Assembly (NCBI GenBank): GCA_964558645.1
Contig: CAZLEV010000003.1
Location: 192,001-256,000 of the forward strand
Source: an uncultured archaeon
Lineage (GTDB): Archaea; Asgardarchaeota; Thorarchaeia; Thorarchaeales; Thorarchaeaceae
Direction: 5' to 3'
DNA: 64,000 nt
Made by a program: the position numbers and the translations under genes. Numbering within the stretch: position 1 is the first letter of the stretch; each line of letters starts with the position of its first letter. Below are positions 41,639 to 50,233 of this stretch, piece by piece. The notes under the pieces are model-generated. The model did no database searches and had not been told where the DNA came from. It saw only the letters and a program-made list of their open reading frames with translations.

Positions 41639-42712
41639 CTATGTGGAAACCTCGCTCAGGCGGTCTTCTTTAGCAGCTGTTTCGATATCAATCATGCAAA
41701 GGTCTAGCGGACTATGTATCTCTCTATTCATCTTGAGGGTTAAACGACGCATCTCAGGGCTTGTGGGACCCACACATGGCGATCCCGGGACACGGGGGCT
41801 AAGGTCGAAAATAACGAATTCCGAGTCGACAGTCAAAGCCCCCTGTAATGCGAAGAGGCCTATGATCCCTGGCGGAAAATGCTTTCTTGCTCCTTCAAGA
41901 AGCTGTTCTGCAGCTTGATAGACAAGAGGCTTCTTACTCTCTCGCATTGTAACTCCCTTATGACCTACCTCTTCGTTGACGATCGACACATCCAATCCGG
42001 TCTGGTCCTCGGCGGGGAGATTCAATAACCCGCTGAGATTCGTCTGGATTCTATCGTCAAAACCTACGAAGTCGAGTTGGCCAAAGTGGTCTACCATTGC
42101 ATAGGCCTGAAAGTTTGCGTTGAATCGCGGAGCGATAATGAACTCCTCGACAGTGGCGTTCGCAAGATCTTCTTCCGCTATGACCCCTTCGTCAATCATC
42201 TGACGACTCTTGATTTCATATTCCTCAGTGGAACTCGCATAGAAGAATGCCCGCTCCAGGGGACGCTCCTTCTGCTGGACCTTTACAATGACAAGTCTGT
42301 CAATCTCATCGGGTTCAATCATTTTTGGAATCCTGATACCTGACTCTTCCATGAGCCAATACTGGTCTCTTTCTAGGCCTCTCTCCTCCACTCTTAGGAT
42401 ATGCCTGTTTCCGTAGATGGGTATCCTGAATCTCTCTTCGATATTGCTGTAACCAACATAGACCGAGAAAGATCGATTCGGAATCCATAGTGTGTCCAGC
42501 TCGCTCAGCTGGTTCTGGGTATCATCTTGAATCATCTGGGAAAATTTGTCAAGCACGATGATACTATCGTAGAGATGTTTATTGTAGTGGGTGTAGAGTT
42601 TCTCTCTCCCTCTTTGACAAACCACTACTGTTCGAAATCCGTTTGCCTTGGCAGACACCGCTATTTCTTCTGCACTGTGTGAACCGAGCATTCCAATTGT
42701 CGGTAGCTTCAT
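41639..42712 (-). CDS. PurP-like ATP-grasp protein (DUF1246/DUF1297), copy 2
   Basis: GSHSA, IPNRSF..YVG, ERAFFY, EVGH..T.RES, GLFALQG, FDLSPRVPGSP. Confidence 0.88.
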   Translation of the reverse strand: MKLPTIGMLGSHSAEEIAVSAKANGFRTVVVCQRGREKLYTHYNKHLYDSIIVLDKFSQMIQDDTQNQLSELDTLWIPNRSFSVYVGYSNIEERFRIPIYGNRHILRVEERGLERDQYWLMEESGIRIPKMIEPDEIDRLVIVKVQQKERPLERAFFYASSTEEYEIKSRQMIDEGVIAEEDLANATVEEFIIAPRFNANFQAYAMVDHFGQLDFVGFDDRIQTNLSGLLNLPAEDQTGLDVSIVNEEVGHKGVTMRESKKPLVYQAAEQLLEGARKHFPPGIIGLFALQGALTVDSEFVIFDLSPRVPGSPCVGPTSPEMRRLTLKMNREIHSPLDLCMIDIETAAKEDRLSEVST

Positions 42713-43662
42713 TCGATCACCTCATCAAGCGCATTCATTTCTTCTAGTTCTTTGATTTCGCGAGCTATCCTGCGTCCCATCCACATGGGCTCGGAGAACA
42801 TGAGATAACTGTAGGGGGAGTATGGAATCCAAATGTTCGTCCCTGCAACTATACGTCCACTAAACTCGAACGTGTAGATCTGTTGGTTCCGGTCAATTAT
42901 GGTCTCGAGACAAAATGGTCCGACCAGCCTCTTTCCGGTAAGCTCCTGGAACGCCCTGGCAAAGTGCTTTCCCATCTCATAGTACCTAGCGAGGGTGGAC
43001 TCCCTCAACACCATGGGCAGATTGCCAATCACAACAAACGAGGGCCGCTCGTCGAATCTTAGATTGGCGTCTGCGTCTGTTTCATACCGGATGTCTGCGC
43101 CAAACACTTCCATTCGTTCCCTTGCCACCGAGTTGAAGTATGTGACGAAGACTTTCGTGCCGACAATGTACTCCTGCATAGCCACTTGGGTATCCGAGCT
43201 CATCTTGGCACGTGCCTCCTCCCCGTTCTCAGCAATGAAGTATCCCTCGCCTCCTGCAGCTCCATGCGACTTGACTATGATGGGGCAGTCGACCTCATCG
43301 ATGCTTGCGAATTCTCTTGGAACAAGAAGTCCAGCCGCTCTCATCAACTCGGATTTTAGCTCTCTGTCTTCTTCCCACCGCAGCAACTCCTTACTGCCAA
43401 ATAGTCGTAGATTGGACTCGATGATTCGGTCAGCTCCAATATAGGCAACAAAGGAACCATGAGGTACCATTATGGTGTCAGATAGATCCATATCAAGAAT
43501 CTCATCGAACGCCGACACTCTGATAATAGAATCTGACAGCCCAAAGGTGCTATAGAATTCCTCTCTATCTGAGTGGCAATAGAGAGCTGTCTGGAAACCT
43601 TCTGCTCTCGCTCCAGAGAGAATGTTGAGGGCACTGTGGCTTGCAATAGTTCCAATCTTCAC
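42709..43662 (-). CDS. purP: PurP-family formate-dependent AICAR formyltransferase (FAICAR synthetase)
   Basis: ASHSALNI..GA..EGF, PHGSFVAYIG, GGEGYF, D.RYET, GNLP.VLRES, GPFCLET, FEFSGRIVAGTN, MGRRIAREI. Confidence 0.88.
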   Translation of the reverse strand: MKIGTIASHSALNILSGARAEGFQTALYCHSDREEFYSTFGLSDSIIRVSAFDEILDMDLSDTIMVPHGSFVAYIGADRIIESNLRLFGSKELLRWEEDRELKSELMRAAGLLVPREFASIDEVDCPIIVKSHGAAGGEGYFIAENGEEARAKMSSDTQVAMQEYIVGTKVFVTYFNSVARERMEVFGADIRYETDADANLRFDERPSFVVIGNLPMVLRESTLARYYEMGKHFARAFQELTGKRLVGPFCLETIIDRNQQIYTFEFSGRIVAGTNIWIPYSPYSYLMFSEPMWMGRRIAREIKELEEMNALDEVIE

Positions 43663-45053
43663 CGTATCTCCCTCTCATAGTCTCTGATGCCATCTTGCAT
43701 GCCATCCGAGTGGACGGCTTTCTGTATCCTTCTTGCATGCTCTGTGGGATAATCGCCATCCAAACATGCCAGGCACATATCCTGAATGCCAATGGCATTC
43801 ACAAGCCCATCGATGTCCTGGTAGATGAGAGCATCTGCACCTATGAAATCGCGTATACTTTCCATGTCTGCTTCTGAGGCGATCAGTTCTCTTGAATTCG
43901 ATATATCTATGCCATAGTAGCAAGGATGGCTCTGTGGTGGGCATGTCACTGCAAAATAAACTCTGGATGCTCCTCTTCTCTTCAAATCATTGACTATCAT
44001 CTTGGCTGTTGTACCCCTTACGATACTGTCGTCAACGACCAGCAGGTTCCTTCCCCGAATCTTGTCGTCTAGGTAGATGTACTTGTAATGTGTCACCGAG
44101 TCTCTCTCTGAGACTGAGCAAATGAACGTTCGACCTAGGTATCTGTTCTTCAGGATGACCTCCCTCATTGGCACTCTCAGTTCTTCAGCGAGGGCCTGTG
44201 CGGCCGGTCGGCTCGTATCTGGTACCGGGATTACGTAGTCGGGTTTCTCCAGTTGAAGATTAGTGAATGTATTCGCAAGTGCTCTACCTAACCGGAATCG
44301 AACATCATACACAAGCTGATTCTCTATTCTCGCTGCTGGATTCGCGAAGTAGACATACTCAAAGAAGCAGTGCTTGTGGGTGTCTTGCTGAGATATGCTG
44401 TAGCACTGAACCGACTTCTCAGGTCCAAAGATAATGAGTTCTCCGGGGTAGACATCTCGGTCGAAGATGACTTGAGCCATGTTGAGAACAGTGCTCTCGG
44501 ATGCTACTATGGTGTGTTCAGCTGATCTGCCAAAGACAAGGGGCTTGAACCCTCGAGAGTCCCGATAGGCAAAGAGTCTTCCGTCATAGATTCCAACAAT
44601 ACTATATGCCCCGTCAATCTCTGACGCGAGTCGGGTGAAGGCGGTGGCCAGATTTCCATCGCCCTCTGAAAGATGCATCCATAGCCTATCGCAAATGAAT
44701 TTGGTATCACATTCATAGTCCTCATGAACCAACGAACGGAGGTTTGTTATGTTTCCGTTGTGGGTGACTGCAAGTCGACCCTTCTGGAAAGGCCCCACGA
44801 AATCATGAAATCTTTCCTCCGAGGTCACCCGGTGTCCAGACGTTGGATATCTGGTGCTTCCAAGGATGATGTTTGACTCCTTCTCTTGGAGAGACAGATT
44901 TGAAGGGTTACCTATCGTCTTGGACTCCTGGAACTTCGAACCAGATATCCAGAGCAAACCTGAGGCGTCCTGTCCCCGATGTGTTAAGAGGCGGAGTAGT
45001 TCCTTCGAGGCGCCTAATTCATAGCGCCCAAGAATACCAAGAACACCACACAT
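43659..45053 (-). CDS. purF: Amidophosphoribosyltransferase (Fe-S type)
   Basis: N-terminal MCG nucleophile, HRGQD, HNGNI, CFFEYVY, VDDSIVRGTT, PCYYGID, CLACLDG. Confidence 0.96.
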   Translation of the reverse strand: MCGVLGILGRYELGASKELLRLLTHRGQDASGLLWISGSKFQESKTIGNPSNLSLQEKESNIILGSTRYPTSGHRVTSEERFHDFVGPFQKGRLAVTHNGNITNLRSLVHEDYECDTKFICDRLWMHLSEGDGNLATAFTRLASEIDGAYSIVGIYDGRLFAYRDSRGFKPLVFGRSAEHTIVASESTVLNMAQVIFDRDVYPGELIIFGPEKSVQCYSISQQDTHKHCFFEYVYFANPAARIENQLVYDVRFRLGRALANTFTNLQLEKPDYVIPVPDTSRPAAQALAEELRVPMREVILKNRYLGRTFICSVSERDSVTHYKYIYLDDKIRGRNLLVVDDSIVRGTTAKMIVNDLKRRGASRVYFAVTCPPQSHPCYYGIDISNSRELIASEADMESIRDFIGADALIYQDIDGLVNAIGIQDMCLACLDGDYPTEHARRIQKAVHSDGMQDGIRDYEREIR

Positions 45054-45060
45054 GTAATCT

Positions 45061-45666
45061 TCACTCCCTGATTCTCACAATTCTTCCATCTGCCGCGAGT
45101 CGATTCTCACAGAAGAGCTTGACACTCTCAACCAGTATTCGGTGTTCTTCAGGGAGTATCCTGTCGGCAAGAGTTTCTCCAGTATCGTTCTGCCTGACTT
45201 CGACTGGAGTCTGCAGGATTATTGGCCCTGCATCCATGTCTACGTCGACGAAGTGCGTGGTACAGCCTGAGAATCTTACCCCATACTCCACTGCTTGCCA
45301 TTGAGCCTTAACTCCCTTGAAGGCAGGAAGGAGTGATGGGTGTACGTTTATCATTCTGTGTTTGAACTCTCTGCAGAAGAAGGATGTAAGAATCCGCATA
45401 TAGCCAGCTAGGACGACCAAATCCACGCCGTTGTCTTTCAACACCTGAACAACAGCGCGATCATGGTCCTCTCGGTTCGGGTGATCAATCTTCGTGATGA
45501 TTTGAGTCTTGATTCCTGCTTCTTCCGCGCGCTGCAAGCCGTATGCACTGCTCTTGTTACTGATGACTATGGCTATCTTGCCGTCAAAATGCCCGCTTCG
45601 CTGCGCATCGATTAGGGCCTGAAGATTCGTGCCTCGTCCACTTATCAGAACCCCGATACGTGTCAT
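45061..45666 (-). CDS. purN: GAR transformylase (folate-dependent)
   Basis: ISGRGTNLQAL, LAGYMRIL, NVHPSLLP.FKG, GCTTHFV..MDAGPII; likely start ATG 45666. Confidence 0.96.
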   Translation of the reverse strand: MTRIGVLISGRGTNLQALIDAQRSGHFDGKIAIVISNKSSAYGLQRAEEAGIKTQIITKIDHPNREDHDRAVVQVLKDNGVDLVVLAGYMRILTSFFCREFKHRMINVHPSLLPAFKGVKAQWQAVEYGVRFSGCTTHFVDVDMDAGPIILQTPVEVRQNDTGETLADRILPEEHRILVESVKLFCENRLAADGRIVRIRE

Positions 45667-45719
45667 GTAAAACGGCCGCTTTAACACGACTATTTATGAC
45701 TTACTCAAGAATGCTGGGT

Positions 45720-46253
45720 CTAGAAGAATTCTCTTGCAATTATACCAATGAGTGTTCCTAGTAACGAAGCCATAACGACAAAGAGGAAGTAGATAGCACT
45801 GACAACTCCTCCGCTGACGAGGAACTCTCCGATTCCTACTTCTGGAACCAGCAGTCCGGGAGTGATAAGAAACAGCAGGAAGAAGCACACAAATGCGACT
45901 GCAGAAACGAATGCCGAGAGAAGAGCTCGCCCAGCTTGCGGAATAGTCAATCCAACCGGTACTGCTGCCAGCATAGGGATGACAAACACGAAAAGTGCAT
46001 CGTCAGGGAAAACGTCAATGACAACCTGTGCATAAACAGCCGCATCAATGATTCCGACCAGAATCGGCATCATGATTACGAGAAGAATATCTCTGTGCCG
46101 TTCTTGCATCTCGATTCCCAGAAACCTCACCATGGGCACACCTTTGCCCGGCACCTTTGTTTCAGTGGTCGGTAACGGCCTGAAAAGACCCTTCTTCTCT
46201 TTCTCTTGTTCATCGTCTGGAGCTTCAACCCGATAGCGGTCTTCTTCTGCCAT
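45720..46253 (-). CDS. Membrane protein (4 TM) with charged N-terminal tail
   Basis: Likely start MAEEDRYR at 46253; four hydrophobic helices. Confidence 0.7.
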   Translation of the reverse strand: MAEEDRYRVEAPDDEQEKEKKGLFRPLPTTETKVPGKGVPMVRFLGIEMQERHRDILLVIMMPILVGIIDAAVYAQVVIDVFPDDALFVFVIPMLAAVPVGLTIPQAGRALLSAFVSAVAFVCFFLLFLITPGLLVPEVGIGEFLVSGGVVSAIYFLFVVMASLLGTLIGIIAREFF

Positions 46254-46418
46254 CTTATGCACTCGTTTTCCTACTAGTAACACGGAATAAAGGCTTTGCC
46301 TTGCGCAAGCGTGCTCTTTAGTCATCCATGGAGGCTTTTGCATGAAATATGAGTTACCTTTATGATGTAGTGAAACGATGAGCAAACGGCGGCCCTAGCC
46401 GTTCGACCGCTATGGAGA

Positions 46419-47549
46419 ATGAGAATGTCGCGAGGAAGCAAGTCCAAAGTGAGCGATGATTCGTCATCGCCTGAAGCCGCGCAGACCCGGCGAAGGAAGA
46501 TTGAGCACATCGAGATATGTCTTCAGGAGGATGTGCAATGCAAACGCTCAACAATGTTTGAACACATTGGATTCATTCATAATGCACTACCCGAGATTGA
46601 CAAGAACGATATTGATCTCACAACGAATTTCTTTGGACTACGTGCGAATGCGCCTCTTGTGATTGCCGCCATGACGGGCGGCCATCCAGATACACTTGAG
46701 ATCAACAGGCGTCTTGCAGAAGCCGCTGAAGAGATGCGGATTCCCATAGGTGTTGGCAGTCAGAGATCTGCAATCGAAGATCCTACCTTAGCTAATACCT
46801 TCAAGGTTGTAAGAGAGAGTGCGCCCTCTGTTCCAGTGATTGCCAATATTGGGGCAACCCATGTGAAGAGCGCACCTGAGGCCGTTCAGATGATTGAGGC
46901 CGACATCTTGGCAATCCATCTCAATACACTGCAGGAGGCGGTTCAACCCGAAGGCGACTGCAATTCCATTGGAGTCCTTGAAAACATAGCATTAATTGTA
47001 GACTCTGTTGACATTCCCGTAATCGTGAAGGAGACAGGAGCCGGAATATCGTCAAGCGTAGCTCTAGCCCTTGAGGAGGCAGACGTAGACGGAGTTGATG
47101 TGGGCGGTGTTGGTGGAACGAGCTGGGCCGCTGTGGAATACTATCGCGCTCTCCGTGAAAATAACCTCATCAAAGCGCATTTAGGACTTGACTTCTGGGA
47201 CTGGGGAATTCCTACTGCCCTCAGCATCATAATGGTCGGTGAGGTTACTGATTTGGATATCATTGCTACTGGAGGGGTCCGTTCTGGCCTTGACATTGCG
47301 AAAGCACTCAGTCTTGGAGCTGTGGCCGCCGGAGTGGCACATCCATTCCTCAGACCTGCAGTAGAAGGAAGCACAGACCTCGTTGTACAGGAGATAAAGA
47401 AGTTCACAGAGGGGCTTCGAGTTGCTATGTACCTTAATGGATGTGAGATTGTTGAGGATCTTGTTGAACGTCCCCTTTTGCTCAGTGCAGAGCTATCTAA
47501 GACCTTGGAGTCTGTAGATATTGACTATCGGAAGCTCACTCGATTCTAG
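46419..47549 (+). CDS. fni: Type-2 (FMN-dependent) isopentenyl-diphosphate delta-isomerase
   Basis: RK.EHI, HNALPE, AMTGG, GVGSQR, HLN.LQE.VQPEGD, KETGAG, GGTSW, ATGGVRSG. Confidence 0.96.
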   Translation: MRMSRGSKSKVSDDSSSPEAAQTRRRKIEHIEICLQEDVQCKRSTMFEHIGFIHNALPEIDKNDIDLTTNFFGLRANAPLVIAAMTGGHPDTLEINRRLAEAAEEMRIPIGVGSQRSAIEDPTLANTFKVVRESAPSVPVIANIGATHVKSAPEAVQMIEADILAIHLNTLQEAVQPEGDCNSIGVLENIALIVDSVDIPVIVKETGAGISSSVALALEEADVDGVDVGGVGGTSWAAVEYYRALRENNLIKAHLGLDFWDWGIPTALSIIMVGEVTDLDIIATGGVRSGLDIAKALSLGAVAAGVAHPFLRPAVEGSTDLVVQEIKKFTEGLRVAMYLNGCEIVEDLVERPLLLSAELSKTLESVDIDYRKLTRF

Positions 47550-47669
47550 CTGTTCGTTCACTTGTGGCTCCTACGATATAGACCCATGAGTTTTCAATCT
47601 CCTTGTCATCCCTTCGAGAAAGATATGTGCAGAACGTTACTGAAACTGGTGCCTTCATCATCAGTCTGT

Positions 47670-49076
47670 TCAGAGCTCACCTATCCTGCGAAGGAATCTG
47701 GACCTCTCCCAAATACCATCCAACATCTGGACCGCCTCTTCGATAGTATCACCAACAGGAATTCCGTTGAGCTCAAAGCCTCGGATTATGATTCCATACT
47801 TCTCCAGATATGGCACATAGGCCACCACTGTCTTGTTGTACTTCTTGGCTACATTTGCAACCCTAGCTCCGATCTGAAGAGATATTCCGGGTGCATACGG
47901 GAGCAGAAGCAGCAATGCCGCATCGATGTAGTCGATTTCAAGCATAACGTCGAGGACACGCTCGTAGTCGACGTCTGATGCACTACCGGTCAAGTCACAG
48001 GGATTTTGGAAGGACGATATGCGTCTGTATGCTGCTGTCATCGCCTGCCTCATTCTCTCCTGATCCTCTTCTTTGAAGAGCGGAAACTCGAGACCATGAT
48101 ATGCAGCCTCATCAGTTGCAATAACACCGTGTCCGCCGCTGACAGTTAGAGCCCCTACCCTCTTGCCCATCATGGGCTTCACTTCAGACGAGAAGACTTT
48201 GGAGTAGGCCATCACATGGTCCTCATCTTCGGCCTCAATCACGCCATATTGTCTGAAGGCTGCCGATGTCACCTCCGAATCACCTGCAAGCGAAGATGTG
48301 TGACTCTGTGTGGCTCTGTGTCCAGACTCTGACTGACCACCCTTCAAGACAACAACTGGTTTCTTGGGTGCTATTTCGGAGCAGGCTTTGACAAACTCGC
48401 GACCTTCTCCTTTGGAGAATCCTTCGATGTAGGCAAGAATCACTCGAACGCGTTCATCTTGTCCGAAGTGACGCACAAAGTCGGTTACTCTAGTTTGGGC
48501 GGCATTGCCTATTGACACTGCAGCAGCAATGCCGAGGTCACGAGAAGCAAACTCCTCGAGTCTCTCCACAAGCCAGCCCCCGCTCTGTGAGATAATTGCA
48601 ACATTACCGTGTCTTGGCCGTGCAACTCTCTCTGAGGGCAGGAAGAAAGTGTCTACTCTGTCCGGGACAAAGACGCCGATACAGTTCGGTCCTACCATAG
48701 TGATGTCGTATTCTTCAGCAATCTCAACGATTTCTTCTTGTAAACTTGCCCCAGTCTTCCCCGTCTCGCTGAAACCGCCAGATACAACGATGGTCGACTT
48801 TATGCCTAGTTCGCCCACTTCCTTCAGGACAGATGGGACGTACTTGGCCGGGACGGAGATGACCACTAAGTCGATCTCATCAGGACAGTCGGTCAGAGTG
48901 GGATAGACTTTGATACCCTCGACTCTTCCACCCTTTGGATTAACAGGAAACGTCTTCAATCCATTCTCAAAGCGAAGCTTGCGGAAGATTACATTACCAG
49001 GGCTGAATGGGTTTGACGTTGAAACACCTACAACGGCGGTGACTCTTGGATTTAGCATGACGTCGAGACCTAACAC
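47670..49076 (-). CDS. ADP-forming acetate/acyl-CoA ligase alpha subunit
   Basis: CoA-binding domain (PVNPK, SGGFSE, GPNCIG), SQSGG, SHTSSLAG phospho-His, NPCDLTG. Confidence 0.9.
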   Translation of the reverse strand: MLGLDVMLNPRVTAVVGVSTSNPFSPGNVIFRKLRFENGLKTFPVNPKGGRVEGIKVYPTLTDCPDEIDLVVISVPAKYVPSVLKEVGELGIKSTIVVSGGFSETGKTGASLQEEIVEIAEEYDITMVGPNCIGVFVPDRVDTFFLPSERVARPRHGNVAIISQSGGWLVERLEEFASRDLGIAAAVSIGNAAQTRVTDFVRHFGQDERVRVILAYIEGFSKGEGREFVKACSEIAPKKPVVVLKGGQSESGHRATQSHTSSLAGDSEVTSAAFRQYGVIEAEDEDHVMAYSKVFSSEVKPMMGKRVGALTVSGGHGVIATDEAAYHGLEFPLFKEEDQERMRQAMTAAYRRISSFQNPCDLTGSASDVDYERVLDVMLEIDYIDAALLLLLPYAPGISLQIGARVANVAKKYNKTVVAYVPYLEKYGIIIRGFELNGIPVGDTIEEAVQMLDGIWERSRFLRRIGEL

Positions 49077-49153
49077 TGTTATCCCCTGTGAGCTTTAGTG
49101 GAGATTGCATTTGCTCCTTATATGGAATACGACTGTTGTCGTCCATAATTGGA

Positions 49154-50233
49154 CTAAGGCTTCATTTGAGCTAGAATCTCTCTGAGTCTCGGCTCAGCCA
49201 GAATCGCATGCTGAAGTTTGCATAGCAGCTTCGCAGTTTCAGCAAAAATGACTTTTCTAGGAGCATCAGTCACTTGCTCCGCACTCTGGATTGCTTCCTG
49301 GCATCTCTGGTTTATTCTCTTGATGAGGCGCTTCTCGAGCTCAGGGCCGCCCCAGCCAAATCCATCGAATGCCGTCTGTGCGTCGCTGATCTTCTCGTCA
49401 GGGTTAGGTTCTTCGCCCTTGAGGATACCCTCAAGACCGGCAAAGTATCTCGCGACAGCTCGCTCAATCCTCTCTGTTTCGCCTGGATCCAAGTACTTCT
49501 CTGGTGGTCTATGCTTGGCAAGGTCTTGAAGCAGCCGTGCTCCTGGCGCTTCAGTAAGAAGTCCTTTAACAATTTTGACAAGTATTTGTCCGGGAATCTC
49601 TACTGCATCAGACATATGGGGGGATTGAGAGCGATACCTGTGAAGCTCCTTCATGACTTCAAACCAGAACATGGGAAGAAGGACATGACAACGCTTCGAA
49701 TATTGGTTGATCATGCGGTTCGTCTGTCCGATCATACCCCACTCGTCGTCTTCGACTTCTGCTTTCTTGTAGGGCTCTGGTGGGGTTTCTGGTTCCGTAG
49801 GCACAATGGGCCCGGTTCCCTCGCGTTCTTTCGGTGATGTGTGTGTGAGAGGAGTAGCCCTTCCGGTAGTCTTGGGTCCTCCCTCAAGTATCGTGAGAAT
49901 CTCCTGTGCCTCTTTCCCCATTTCCATGGCTTTGGCTTTCTGAGAGAGCTTGGGCAGCAGACTCTCAAGCTGTGCCATTCTCTTGATGATGAGTCCAAGA
50001 ATGTTGGCAGTAGACTGAGGAATACCTTTTGCGGATGTGGTTTCTTCAATCCATCTACGGGTGCGGAGGAGTCCCTGCGTCAGCGAGTCAACACGATCAG
50101 GATCTATTGCCCCCTCGACTTGTGAACTGAGCAAGAAGTGAATCAGAGTGGAGTTGAGGGTTTCAACTAGAAGCACCCTGTCGATTAGGTCCTCCACTCG
50201 GAATTCTTCTGTCAATTCTGGTAACTCCTTCAT
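49154..50233 (-). CDS. Hypothetical two-domain alpha-helical protein with Pro/Thr-rich linker; third gene of the tubulin-like operon
   Basis: 359 aa; ATG directly abuts the upstream TAG (TAGATG). Confidence 0.8.
   Translation of the reverse strand: MKELPELTEEFRVEDLIDRVLLVETLNSTLIHFLLSSQVEGAIDPDRVDSLTQGLLRTRRWIEETTSAKGIPQSTANILGLIIKRMAQLESLLPKLSQKAKAMEMGKEAQEILTILEGGPKTTGRATPLTHTSPKEREGTGPIVPTEPETPPEPYKKAEVEDDEWGMIGQTNRMINQYSKRCHVLLPMFWFEVMKELHRYRSQSPHMSDAVEIPGQILVKIVKGLLTEAPGARLLQDLAKHRPPEKYLDPGETERIERAVARYFAGLEGILKGEEPNPDEKISDAQTAFDGFGWGGPELEKRLIKRINQRCQEAIQSAEQVTDAPRKVIFAETAKLLCKLQHAILAEPRLREILAQMKP

Noticed and set aside
47670-49076. Acyl-CoA ligase as fourth member of the tubulin-like operon
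   Set aside because: 77-nt gap with its own TATA-like ATATAAG; metabolic function looks unrelated
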